A program made the position numbers and the translations under genes. The notes under the pieces were generated by a model, which was given only the letters and a program-made list of their open reading frames with translations, made no database searches and was not told the origin of the DNA. This document shows positions 1-8,882 of a DNA stretch of 64,000 nucleotides, one piece after another (position 1 is the first letter of the stretch; every line of letters starts with the position of its first letter). Origin of the DNA: an uncultured delta proteobacterium (GTDB lineage: Bacteria; Desulfobacterota; Binatia; UBA9968); the NCBI GenBank assembly GCA_963816145.1, contig CAWFJP010000029.1, positions 96,001-160,000 on the forward strand. Direction: 5' to 3'.

Positions 1-366
1 CCGGCGGTGATGCGCCGGGTCGGCCAGGAGATCGCCGCCGATTTAAAAAAGGATGGTGTCGACGGCGTTTTACTGGTGGCCACGTGAGGCACCTGCAGTC
101 GCAGCGGCGCTGTGATTAGCAAAGAACTCGACAGGGCGGGACTTCCGGTGTCGATGATTACTGCGATGTATCCGGTGGCGGAGCAAGTGGGTGCGAGCCG
201 CATCGTCAAGGCGGTGGCGATTCCCCACCCCTGCGGCGATCCGAGCCTGCCGGCGGAACTGGACGCCCAGTTGCGCCGGGAGATTGTTGCGACGGCGCTC
301 AAGGCGCTTGAGGCCAAAGTCGAATCGTCGACGGTGTTTACGCCGAAGATTGCGGCGAGCGCGTGA
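1..366 (+). CDS. grdB: Glycine/sarcosine/betaine reductase selenoprotein B-like subunit, 3' part (in-frame UGA 85-87 = Sec)
   Basis: Frame 1 is open from base 1: PAVMRRVGQEIAADLKKDGVDGVLLVAT-U-GTCSRSGAVISKELDRAGLPV...GASRIVKAVAIPHPCGDP. This matches the GrdB C-terminal pattern DGVD..TUGTC...RIV..AIPHP. The ORF track shows only the part after the UGA (112..366). Confidence 0.88.
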
Positions 367-368
367 TT

Positions 369-404
369 GGATTATCTCCCGCAAAGACGCAAAGGTCGCA
401 AAGT
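369..404. repeat. Single arm of CRCRAAGx3 repeat (CGCAAAG subtype)
   Basis: GGATTATCTCCCGCAAAGACGCAAAGGTCGCAAAGT, nearly identical to 31349-31384. Confidence 0.8.
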
Positions 405-420
405 AGGGAACGAAACAGTT

Positions 421-499
421 CACCACGAAGGCACGAAGGACACGAAGGCATCGAAGCAATAATTGTTCCGACCTTCGTGCTCTTCGTGCCTTCGTGGTG
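421..499. repeat. Inverted doublet of CRCRAAGx3 repeat (CACGAAG subtype), REPIN/MITE-like
   Basis: CACCACGAAGGCACGAAGGACACGAAGG (421-448) and CCTTCGTGCTCTTCGTGCCTTCGTGGTG (472-499). Confidence 0.88.
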
Positions 500-598
500 G
501 AAAATTTTGGTGCCCTTTAGCACAGAGTCCTGAAGTTAGAAAAAATGCGCTACTCAGTGTCATCATGAATATCAATTCGGTTCTGTGTCCGATTAATC

Positions 599-1903
599 AT
601 GCGTCTTGAACTCGCGGAGTTTCCGGTGGCGAGCATCAAGCTCGCTGATCGCTTTCATTATGCTGCCGGCCAGTTGACCGTTCACCAATCTGAAATCGAG
701 CAGGCGGTTTTGCAGGAGAGCCGCATCGAAGCGGCTTGGCTCGATGTGGTCTCGCCCGGGGACAAGGTTCGGATCACCGGCATCCGCGACGTCGTCGAAC
801 CGCGCGTCAAAGTGAGCGGCGCGGGCCAAGTTTTTTCCGGCGTCCTCGGGCCGGTGGCGCCGGTGGGGGAGGGGCGAACCCATCGACTGTCAGGCATGGC
901 GGTTTTCGTTACGGCGGAGTATGAGGGCACGGTGCGCGCTGGGCTCGGCGTGCAGCGCAGTGCGATTCTCGACATGTGGGGCGACGGCGCGGCGGCGACG
1001 CCGTTCAGCGCGCTCAACGGTTTGGTGTTGAACCTGCGCTTAGCGAAGGGCTTATCCGAACTAACTGCCCATACGATCATTCAACGCGCGGCGTTTGAAA
1101 CCGCCAAACGGTTGGCGGAAGTCACCATCGGATTGATTCCCGCGCAAGTCGAATTCTTCGAGTTAGGCGGCGCCGACGCTGCGTTGCCGAGAGTGTTGCT
1201 GATTCAAGGCTGTTTGACCGACGCCGGCAACCCGCATTCAGGTGTCGGCTACTTCGGTTTGCCGATCCGCGACTCGCTGGCGACCACGGTCCACCCCAAT
1301 GAATTTCTCGACGGCGCGTTCAGCATGTACGCCACCCGCTGCCTGGCATATTTCCCGGTGACCTGGGATTGGCAGAATCATCCGTTGCTGCTCGGCCTCT
1401 ACCGCGAGCACCGGCGCAGCGTCAATTTCTTGGGCGTCGTCCTGGCGCGTATCGCCTTCGACACTTTTCACGGCAAGGAAGTGATTGCTCAGAACACGGC
1501 GCAACTGGCGACGATGCTTGGCGCGGAAGCGGCGCTGGTGTCTTGGATCGGTTCAGGAAACGCTTTTGTCGACGTCATGCTGACGCTGCGCGCTTTCGAG
1601 CGGCGCGGCATCAAGACCAACTTGGTAACGTACGAATACGGCGGCAAGGACGGCGTCGACTCGCCGCTGTTATTCTACACGCCGGAAGCGAGCGCCATCA
1701 CCAGCACCGGCAGCCGCGACCGTTGGATCGACCTGCCGCGGGCGGAAAAGATCGTCGGACCGTACGACGAGATCAAAGTGTTGAATTATCCGGGGGCGCC
1801 GCTCACACCGGCCGCGGGCCCTTTTACCCTCGATGCCCGCGACATGATTCTCGGCGGCGTCGATTACTGGGGGCGCGCCGGCTGGAACTGCGCGGCGTTT
1901 TGA
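599..1903 (+). CDS. Glycine/sarcosine/betaine reductase component B proprotein-like (GrdE/PrdA family), copy 1
   Basis: N-terminal MRLEL..., PGDKVRITGIRDVVEPRVK, VGEGRTHRLSG, HPNEFLDGA, GNAFVDVM, EYGGKDG motifs typical of the GrdE family; adjacent to grdB. Confidence 0.85.
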   Translation: MRLELAEFPVASIKLADRFHYAAGQLTVHQSEIEQAVLQESRIEAAWLDVVSPGDKVRITGIRDVVEPRVKVSGAGQVFSGVLGPVAPVGEGRTHRLSGMAVFVTAEYEGTVRAGLGVQRSAILDMWGDGAAATPFSALNGLVLNLRLAKGLSELTAHTIIQRAAFETAKRLAEVTIGLIPAQVEFFELGGADAALPRVLLIQGCLTDAGNPHSGVGYFGLPIRDSLATTVHPNEFLDGAFSMYATRCLAYFPVTWDWQNHPLLLGLYREHRRSVNFLGVVLARIAFDTFHGKEVIAQNTAQLATMLGAEAALVSWIGSGNAFVDVMLTLRAFERRGIKTNLVTYEYGGKDGVDSPLLFYTPEASAITSTGSRDRWIDLPRAEKIVGPYDEIKVLNYPGAPLTPAAGPFTLDARDMILGGVDYWGRAGWNCAAF

Positions 1904-1917
1904 TGTGATGGGAGAAA

Positions 1918-2919
1918 TTGATGAGTAGACTGACGGTAGTTTTGGCGACGCAATTGGTGATTTTTCTAACAACCTCGGGATTCGCCGCTGCGGCCGCGCC
2001 GGCAAGCAAAATTGTCATCGCCTACGCCTCGCTTAACGAGCGCGGCGCCGGCGCCTTGCTGGTGGCGCGCGATCAGGGTTTCTTTCGCAAGTACGATCTC
2101 GATGTCAATCTGATCTACATGCGCAACGCCGCCGTGGCGTTGTCCGCGTTATCGGCGGGCGAGGCGCAGTTCTATTCTGGTTCGGCAAACGGATCGGTGC
2201 TCGGGGCCATTGCCAACGGTCTCGACCTGGCTTTCATCGCCGGCTTGGCGAATAAACTCAATGGCACCATGGTGGCGTCGCCGGCGATTCAGTCACCGGC
2301 GGATTTGAAGGGCAAGAATATCGGTATTCAGAGCATCGGCGGCGGCATTTGGATGATCACGCAGCTCGTGCTCGAGCACTGGGGCCTCGAGCCCAAGCGG
2401 GACGGCATCAACCTGCGCATTGTCGGCGACGAATCGGTGATGGTGCAGTCCTTGATGTTGGGCAGCATCGACGCCACCTACGCCGGTTATGCTTATGCGA
2501 CCATGCTCAAAAAGCAGGGATTCCGCGTCCTCGCTGATTTGACCAAACTCGGCGTGCCGTTCCAGAGCACGGCGATTTTGGCGCGGCGCAGTTACCTGAG
2601 CGGCAACTCTGCCACCGCCGAGAAGGTGATCCGCGCTTTGGTCGATGCGATCACGTTCATTCAGCGCCCCGCCAACAAAGCCGCCGTGGTCGCGACCCTG
2701 ACAAAAAATCTCCAAATCGTCCGGCCCGAAGACGCAGAGGAAGGCTATGAGGTGATACGTAATGTTTACGAGCGGCGGGTGTTCCCCAACGTCGAAGGGA
2801 TCAACAACGCAATCCGCCTGCTCGGCCTCGCCAATGAAAAGATCCGCCAGCTCAAGGCGGCTAATATGGTCGATGATTCAATCGTTCGAAAGTTGGAGAG
2901 GGATGGGCTGTTTCAATAA
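1918..2919 (+). CDS. ABC transporter substrate-binding protein, NitT/TauT (NMT1-like)
   Basis: Signal peptide, GFFRKYDLDV, DLKGKNIG, C-terminal VDDSIVRKLERDG. Confidence 0.85.
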   Translation: MMSRLTVVLATQLVIFLTTSGFAAAAAPASKIVIAYASLNERGAGALLVARDQGFFRKYDLDVNLIYMRNAAVALSALSAGEAQFYSGSANGSVLGAIANGLDLAFIAGLANKLNGTMVASPAIQSPADLKGKNIGIQSIGGGIWMITQLVLEHWGLEPKRDGINLRIVGDESVMVQSLMLGSIDATYAGYAYATMLKKQGFRVLADLTKLGVPFQSTAILARRSYLSGNSATAEKVIRALVDAITFIQRPANKAAVVATLTKNLQIVRPEDAEEGYEVIRNVYERRVFPNVEGINNAIRLLGLANEKIRQLKAANMVDDSIVRKLERDGLFQ

Positions 2920-2925
2920 ATAATA

Positions 2926-2961
2926 GGTTCCAGGTGTTCCAAATGTTCCAATGGTTCCAGA
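2926..2961. repeat. Intergenic 9-mer tandem repeat (NGTTCCANN x4)
   Basis: GGTTCCAGG TGTTCCAAA TGTTCCAAT GGTTCCAGA; related array at 29886-29925. Confidence 0.7.
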
Positions 2962-3017
2962 GTCGTCGGATGGTTTGAGATCCGCGATATCCGCCGTTTC
3001 TAACATCAATTATATCC

Positions 3018-4325
3018 ATGAAACTTACGTTGGCTGATTTTCCGGTGCGGCAGATTCGTCTTGGTAACACCTATGATTACCAGGACGGTCTGTTGGAAGT
3101 TGACCGCGAGGATTTGGTTCGGCTGGTATCGCAAGATGGGCGCATCGGCTCGGCGCGCGTCGAGGTTGTCAATCCGGGTGAGCCGGCGCGGATTACCGGT
3201 ATACGCGACGTGATCGAGCCGCGGGTTAAGATCGACAGCGCGGCGCAGGTGTTTCCCGGCGTGATCGGTCCGGTGCTGACGGTCGGCGATGGCGTGACCC
3301 ATCGGCTTTCCGGCATGGCGGTGCTGGCGACGGCCGCCTACGAAGGAACCATTCGCGCCGGCACCGGCGTGCAGCGCAGCGCATTGCTCGACATGTGGGG
3401 GGCGGGCGCCGCGGCTTCGCGCTTCAGCGCGCTGCGCCATCTGGTCTTGATCCTGGAGATTCGTTCCGGCCTGGGCGAACTGGCGGCGCACCAGGCGATT
3501 CAACTGGCGGCGTTTCGAGTTGCTTGCAAGCTCGCCGAAACAACCAACGGGTTGGCCCCGGCGCATACTCAGGTTTTCGCGACAGCGAACAGCAATGACT
3601 CCCGGCCGCGGGTAGCGCTGATTCAAGGCTGCATCACCCAAGCGCAACAGCCCCATGCCGGCGTGAGTTATTACGGCCTGCCGATCCGCGAGTCCTTGCC
3701 GACGGCGCTCGACGCCAATGAATTACTCGACGGCGCGATGACCATGAACACGACCCGCGGCATCGGTTATTATCCGACGACATGGGATTGGCAGAATCAT
3801 CCGCTGGCGCTGGCCCTACACCGTCAGCAGACGGCCGGCAATGTCGATTTCGCCGGCGTCATTTTGGAACGCATCTCTTACGAGACCCATCACGCCAAAG
3901 AAGTCGTTGCCCACAACGCGGCGCGCCTGGCGCATAGTCTCGGCGCCGACGCCGTGCTGCTCACCTGGCTCGGCTCGGGCAACGCTTTTGTCGAGATGAT
4001 GTTGACGATCCGGGCGTGCGAGCGACTGGGCATTAAAACTACCCTGGTGACCTACGAATATGGCGGCAAGGACGGCGTCGATTCGCCGCTACTATTTTAT
4101 GCCGAGGAGGCGGACGCCGTGGTCAGCACCGGCAGCCGCGACCGCTGGATCGAATTGCCGGCGGCGGAAAAGGTTATCGGACCTTATCGGGATATTCGTG
4201 TTTTGACCTACCCCGGCGCGCCGACGACGCCGGCCTCGGGTGCGTTAACCCTCGATGCCCGCGACATGATCATCGGCGGCGTCGATAACTGGGGCGGCGG
4301 AAGTTGGGCCTGCAAACTTTATTAA
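3018..4325 (+). CDS. GrdE/PrdA-family reductase component B proprotein-like, copy 2
   Basis: Colinear with 599..1903; shared blocks RITGIRDV.EPRVK, TWDWQNHPL, VTYEYGGKDGVDSPLLFY, STGSRDRWI, TLDARDMI.GGVD.WG. Confidence 0.85.
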   Translation: MKLTLADFPVRQIRLGNTYDYQDGLLEVDREDLVRLVSQDGRIGSARVEVVNPGEPARITGIRDVIEPRVKIDSAAQVFPGVIGPVLTVGDGVTHRLSGMAVLATAAYEGTIRAGTGVQRSALLDMWGAGAAASRFSALRHLVLILEIRSGLGELAAHQAIQLAAFRVACKLAETTNGLAPAHTQVFATANSNDSRPRVALIQGCITQAQQPHAGVSYYGLPIRESLPTALDANELLDGAMTMNTTRGIGYYPTTWDWQNHPLALALHRQQTAGNVDFAGVILERISYETHHAKEVVAHNAARLAHSLGADAVLLTWLGSGNAFVEMMLTIRACERLGIKTTLVTYEYGGKDGVDSPLLFYAEEADAVVSTGSRDRWIELPAAEKVIGPYRDIRVLTYPGAPTTPASGALTLDARDMIIGGVDNWGGGSWACKLY

Positions 4326-4341
4326 TCTTCGGGAGGAATGC

Positions 4342-5046
4342 GTGGCAGAGAAATCGAAGCAGATCATTCCCATCGGCGGCGGGGGGTTCTACCGCGATCC
4401 GGAAAATCTCGAGCTAGAGAAGTACGTGATTCGGCAAAGCGGCGCTGACAATGCGCGGGTCTGCTTCATTCCGACGGCGAGCGGCGAGCCGGATCATTAT
4501 GTCGCGAGTTTTTATGCGGCATTCTTAAAGCTCGGCTGTCAGCCTTCGGTGCTGACATTTTTCAAACGCACGCCTGAGTTGCGCTCGTTTCTGCTCAATC
4601 AGGATGTGATTTACGTCGGCGGCGGCAATACCAAGAGTCTGATCGCCGTGTGGCGCGATTGGGGTGTCATCGAAATACTCCGCGAGGCTTGGGAGTCGGG
4701 GATCGTGCTTACCGGTGTGAGCGCCGGTGCGATCTGCTGGTTCGAACAAGGGTTGACCGATTCGTTCTGCGATGGGTTGCGCGCGCTCGATTGCCTCGGC
4801 TTTCTCCCCGGCAGTTGCTGTCCCCATTACGACGGCGAAGTCCAGCGCCGGCCATCCCTGCACAAGCTTCTCGCCGCCGGTGACATAGCCGCCGGCGTGG
4901 CCATCGAAGATTGGACCGGGGTGCATTTTATCGGCGATGCCATCCACAAGGTCATCGCGTCGAAACGCGGCGCGCGCGCCTACAGCATGCGTGTGGCGCA
5001 TGGCTCGGTGCAGGAAGTGCCACTACCGGTAGAGTACCTGGGTTAA
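4342..5046 (+). CDS. Peptidase E / S51 family (class I glutamine amidotransferase-like)
   Basis: IPTASGE, IYVGGGNT, GVSAGAICWF nucleophile elbow, CPHY. Confidence 0.85.
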   Translation: MAEKSKQIIPIGGGGFYRDPENLELEKYVIRQSGADNARVCFIPTASGEPDHYVASFYAAFLKLGCQPSVLTFFKRTPELRSFLLNQDVIYVGGGNTKSLIAVWRDWGVIEILREAWESGIVLTGVSAGAICWFEQGLTDSFCDGLRALDCLGFLPGSCCPHYDGEVQRRPSLHKLLAAGDIAAGVAIEDWTGVHFIGDAIHKVIASKRGARAYSMRVAHGSVQEVPLPVEYLG

Positions 5047-5060
5047 TGCGTCGCCGCTAA

Positions 5061-5109
5061 ATCACCAAGAATAGTAACCTGCGCGGCGCAATTTCTTAGT
5101 TTTGCGAAA
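5061..5109. promoter_or_regulatory. Putative paired enhancer (UAS) palindromes for a sigma-54 activator
   Basis: TTTCTTA-GTTT-TGCGAAA at 5092 and weak ATCACCA-AGAA-TAGTAAC 31 bp upstream at 5061. Confidence 0.5.
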
Positions 5110-5158
5110 GTTTTTCCACGTTGGGGCGCACGTGCGGGCGCTTATATTCCTGTAACCG

Positions 5159-5174
5159 TGGCACCTCGCTTGCT
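5159..5174 (+). promoter_or_regulatory. Sigma-54 (-24/-12) promoter of CBS gene
   Basis: TGGCAC-CTCGC-TTGCT, full consensus. Confidence 0.8.
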
Positions 5175-5221
5175 GTTTTTTTATTGTAATTGTGGCCGTT
5201 GTGAGGGTCGTTAAAAACTAT

Positions 5222-5354
5222 GTAGTGGTTCAGTTAGACCGAGATCTCTCACTTCGTTCGAGATGACAAATCGACTTTTCTGCTGTCATTTCGAGCGCAG
5301 CGAGAAATCCTTCTCAGGGTGAAGACATGTGACCGTCTTGAACTGAACCATTAC
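5222..5354. mobile_element. Nested palindromic MITE-like element in the CBS gene leader
   Basis: Outer IR GTAGTGGTTCAGTT (5222-5235) / AACTGAACCATTAC (5341-5354), 13/14 match. Inner IR GAGATCTCTCACTTCGTTCGAGATGACA / TGTCATTTCGAGCGCAGCGAGAAATCC. Confidence 0.7.
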
Positions 5355-5370
5355 CTAAAACTATGGAGGA

Positions 5371-5820
5371 GTGCTTGTGAAGTCACCGAAGAAAATGCCT
5401 ATCGTTGGGGCGGTTATGACATCGTTTCCTTACTTTGTCGACAGCGCTGATCCGGTCGGCCGTCTTGAAAAGATGATGGATGATCGCGGCATCCGCCATC
5501 TGCCGGTTCAAGAAAAGGGCAAACTGGTCGGCATAGTCTCAGAGCGCGATTTGCACCATCGGCTGCCGCGCAGGGCGCCGCCGGAAGAGAAAGCGCGGCT
5601 GCGCGCTCGCGACATCATGGTGACAAACCCTTACGTCGTCGGTTTCAACACGCCGTTGAACGAAGTGGTGTCGCAAATCGCGAAGCGCCATATCGGTTCG
5701 GCGATCGTCACCCGCAAGGGCAAGCTCGCCGGCATCCTTTCAGCCATGGATGTCTGCCGCATTTTCGCCGAATATTTGGATAATCAATTCGGGGTTATTT
5801 CTGGTAGCGACGCGGCGTGA
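5371..5820 (+). CDS. CBS domain pair protein
   Basis: IRHLPV..GKLVGIVSERDL, RDIM, IGSAIV..GKLAGILS; RBS GGAGGA before GTG. Confidence 0.88.
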   Translation: MLVKSPKKMPIVGAVMTSFPYFVDSADPVGRLEKMMDDRGIRHLPVQEKGKLVGIVSERDLHHRLPRRAPPEEKARLRARDIMVTNPYVVGFNTPLNEVVSQIAKRHIGSAIVTRKGKLAGILSAMDVCRIFAEYLDNQFGVISGSDAA

Positions 5821-6206
5821 AGCTTTGACCACCGGGGCGGAGCGGATTTGTTTAGGTTGAGCGGAAAGCACAGGACCAGTGTCAATTAAATTGTTGGCCT
5901 GATCTCACTCGTTGGGATATTGGCGTGCAGGGGTTTCGCTTCCTGTTGCCCTCAAAGGTTCAAATCGCCGGCGCGCTGGTCATTTGCCGGCCATCTCGAT
6001 CGATTTCAGAGTGGTGCACTCGAAGGATATCTCGATTTGCAACGCAATGCGCTCGTCTGTGGAACGCGAGAAAGAGAAATTGAGCGCGTTCAAAATACCT
6101 TGGGACCTTGTGGGTTAACTGGCGTACCGGCAGGCCGAACCGCAGAGTATCGTCCAACGCTGCGACAACTTCCACATCATCTCGCGATCGAGCAGTTGGT
6201 AATTCG

Positions 6207-6488
6207 CTAAGGCTTAGTTGCGTGATACACGAAGTCGGGAAACAAACCAAAGAGGAAAATTAGCACGAAGGCCAATGGCACTAGAGCGATGGCGTAGATG
6301 AGGGTTTTTTCGTGTTTCAAATGCATGTAGTTGCGCGCGACCAACAGCGCTTTGATCACAGCGACGGTAAAGATCAGCATCAGCGCTTCGGCCTTCGGCA
6401 AGACGACGCTTGCGCCGACCGAGACGATGACGAGCGCCATCAGCCAGTACCAGATCACAAGAGTTTGACGGGTTTGGGCATTGCTCAT
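6207..6488 (-). CDS. Cytochrome c oxidase subunit IV family protein
   Basis: Three TM helices, KALLVARNYMHLKHE; last gene of the cox operon. Confidence 0.85.
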   Translation of the reverse strand: MSNAQTRQTLVIWYWLMALVIVSVGASVVLPKAEALMLIFTVAVIKALLVARNYMHLKHEKTLIYAIALVPLAFVLIFLFGLFPDFVYHATKP

Positions 6489-6500
6489 GTGGGTCTCCGA

Positions 6501-7076
6501 TCAAGCCAGATAGAGAAGTGGAAAGAGAAAGATCCAGACGATGTCGACAAAATGCCAGTACAAGCCAGCCAATTCGACTCGGTGGATGTGGTGCGCCAAG
6601 GTCCCCTTGGTGGCCTGGATCCACAGCACTAAGTTGATGATAATCCCGGCCACGACATGGAGGCCGTGCAATCCGGTCATGGCGTAATAAAATGACCAAA
6701 ACATCCCTGAGCTCGGTAAGAAGCCGTGGCTGATCTCGGTGCTGTACTCAAAAGCCTTCATACCGAGAAAACCGAGACCGAGCACGACCGTTAGACCTAA
6801 GAAATTAGCCGCGCGTTTGAAATCTCGATCTTGCGCCGCGCCATGGGCCATCACGACGGTCATGCTGCTGGTGAGCAAGATAAACGTATTGATGAGCGCA
6901 ATATTGAAGTTCAAATGGTGCGACGCTTCGGTCCAACCCGTGCTGCCGAGCCGCATCACGATGTAGGCAACCAAAATAGCGCCAAACGTCGGGATCTCCG
7001 AAGCAAGAAACCACCAAGTGCCGACTTTGCCGTAAGGCTCGGTCGGAATATCGAACGTCGTTGTGTTTGTCGTCAA
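6501..7076 (-). CDS. coxC: Cytochrome c oxidase subunit III
   Basis: WWFLASE, NTFILLTSS, TGLHGLHV, GLYWHFVDIVWIFLFPLLYL. Confidence 0.93.
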   Translation of the reverse strand: MTTNTTTFDIPTEPYGKVGTWWFLASEIPTFGAILVAYIVMRLGSTGWTEASHHLNFNIALINTFILLTSSMTVVMAHGAAQDRDFKRAANFLGLTVVLGLGFLGMKAFEYSTEISHGFLPSSGMFWSFYYAMTGLHGLHVVAGIIINLVLWIQATKGTLAHHIHRVELAGLYWHFVDIVWIFLFPLLYLA

Positions 7077-7134
7077 AGTCTATCCTCCCAAGGACGTTTG
7101 AAATGCGTATGCCATCGTTGCGGTCGGCCTTTGT

Positions 7135-8847
7135 TCAATGAAGCGCCGCTTTTGCGCCGTCTCCCACATCCAGATTCTGCGGTAACCAGTCTTCTTTTTG
7201 ACCCGGCAGGCTGTATTCGTAAGCCCCCCGATACACCACTGGTATCGCGTCGAAGTTCTCGTGCGGTGGTGGTGAGCTGGTGCTCCACTCCAAGGTGTTG
7301 GCCTGCCAAGGATTGGCCGGAGCTACTTTACCGGCGAACAGGCTCCAGAAGAAATTGATAACAAAGACGATTTGCGAACAGATCAATAAGATCGCCATCA
7401 ACGTAATGAAGATGTTCAACGGTTCCACCGGTTTCAAAAAATCATACTGGGTCGGATTGGCGATGCGCCGCATCATTCCACCCAGGCCGACCAGATGCAT
7501 GGGACCGAAGATGAGATTGAAAAAGGCGAAGGTGAGCCAGAAGTGAATCTTGCCCAAAGTCTCGTTCATCATCCGGCCAAACATCTTGGGAAACCAGAAG
7601 TAAAGGGCGCCAAAGCCGGCGAAAAAAACATTGCTGATCAGCGTGTAATGAAAATGGGCGACGACAAAGTACGTGTCATGAATATAAATATCCACCGCCG
7701 CCGAACCGTTAAAAATTCCAGTCAGGCCGCCGAAGATGAAAACTCCCAAAGTGCCGATGGCGAAAAGCATCGGCGTGGTGAAGACCATCGAAGAACCCCA
7801 GAGCGTGGCGACGATCGAAAAAATGACCAAAGCGAAGGGCACAGAGATGATGATGGTCGTGATGCTGAAGGGCATCGCCAAGCGCGGGTCCATGCCGCTG
7901 ACGTACTGATGATGCGCCCAGACCAGGAAACTCAGGAATCCAGAAATGATCGAAGCGTAGATGATCGGCCGGTACGCGAATATCGGCTTGCGCGCAAACA
8001 CCGAGATGATTTCCAAAGTGATGCCCAAACCGGGAAGCAGGATGACGTAGACCTCGGGGTGGCCGAAGAACCAAAACAAATGTTGCCAAAGCAGCGGATC
8101 GCCGCCAGCGTCGGGAGCGTAAAATGTCGTGCCTAAGTTGCGATCCATCAGGAGCAAAATCGCGCCGGCGATTGTCGGTCCTACTGAAAGCATAAACACG
8201 ACCGCCGCGATCAATTGCATCCAGACGAGCATCGGCATGCGCATCAGGGTCATGCCGGGCGCGCGCATGTTAATGGCCGTCGTCAAAAAATTAATGCCGC
8301 CGAGCAAGAACGAGGCAAACTCCAGGGCGAGGGCGAGCAGCCAGAGATCCACGCCATAGCCGCCACCGGTATATTCATTCTTAGCCGACAGGGGAGGGTA
8401 GCCGGTCCAACCGGCGGCGGCGGCACCGCCAGGCACAAAAAACGACGTAAACAGCACCACCGAAGCTAGAGCGAAAATCCACACCGAGAGCATGTTCAGA
8501 CGCGGGAAAGCCATGTCGCGGGCACCGACCATTAGCGGCAGCAGAAAATTGCCAAAGGCGGCGAGCAGGAGCGGCATGGCAACAAAGAAAACCATGATCG
8601 TGCCATGCATGGTCACAAGCGTATTGTACACGTTGGGTTCGATATAGCCCCAACCGAAAGCTTCAGTGTCGGGATGGGCGATCTGCCAGCGAATTAAGTA
8701 CGCCGAGCCGGCACCCAAAAGCGCCCAAAATAACGACAGGCTCAAGTACTGCTTGGCGATGACCTTGTGATCGGTCGAGAAAACGTAGCGGCTGACGAAA
8801 CTTCGATTGTCACTATGGGAGTGGTGATCTGTCGCTATCTCATTCAC
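7135..8847 (-). CDS. coxA: Cytochrome c oxidase subunit I (A1-type)
   Basis: STDHK, TMHGTIM, FWFFGHPEVY, VWAHH, VVAHFHY, GMMRR. Probable GTG start at 8847 after GAGGT RBS (ORF-track start 9036 overlaps coxB). Confidence 0.95.
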   Translation of the reverse strand: MNEIATDHHSHSDNRSFVSRYVFSTDHKVIAKQYLSLSLFWALLGAGSAYLIRWQIAHPDTEAFGWGYIEPNVYNTLVTMHGTIMVFFVAMPLLLAAFGNFLLPLMVGARDMAFPRLNMLSVWIFALASVVLFTSFFVPGGAAAAGWTGYPPLSAKNEYTGGGYGVDLWLLALALEFASFLLGGINFLTTAINMRAPGMTLMRMPMLVWMQLIAAVVFMLSVGPTIAGAILLLMDRNLGTTFYAPDAGGDPLLWQHLFWFFGHPEVYVILLPGLGITLEIISVFARKPIFAYRPIIYASIISGFLSFLVWAHHQYVSGMDPRLAMPFSITTIIISVPFALVIFSIVATLWGSSMVFTTPMLFAIGTLGVFIFGGLTGIFNGSAAVDIYIHDTYFVVAHFHYTLISNVFFAGFGALYFWFPKMFGRMMNETLGKIHFWLTFAFFNLIFGPMHLVGLGGMMRRIANPTQYDFLKPVEPLNIFITLMAILLICSQIVFVINFFWSLFAGKVAPANPWQANTLEWSTSSPPPHENFDAIPVVYRGAYEYSLPGQKEDWLPQNLDVGDGAKAALH

Positions 8848-8882
8848 GTTTTTTACCTCTATGTCCTTCTTCAATATTTTAC

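Noticed and set aside
421-499. CRISPR-like repeat array
   Set aside because: The units are inverted arms with 8-9-nt internal periodicity, not direct repeats with unique spacers; no cas genes are present.
1901-1903. TGA stop of GrdE-like copy 1 as a further Sec codon
   Set aside because: The paralogue ends at the same position with TAA, another in-frame TGA follows two codons later, and the next gene starts at 1918.
5912-6250. Short ORFs between the CBS gene and the cox subunit IV gene
   Set aside because: Three overlapping frames, none with an RBS or recognisable motif; no basis for choosing one.
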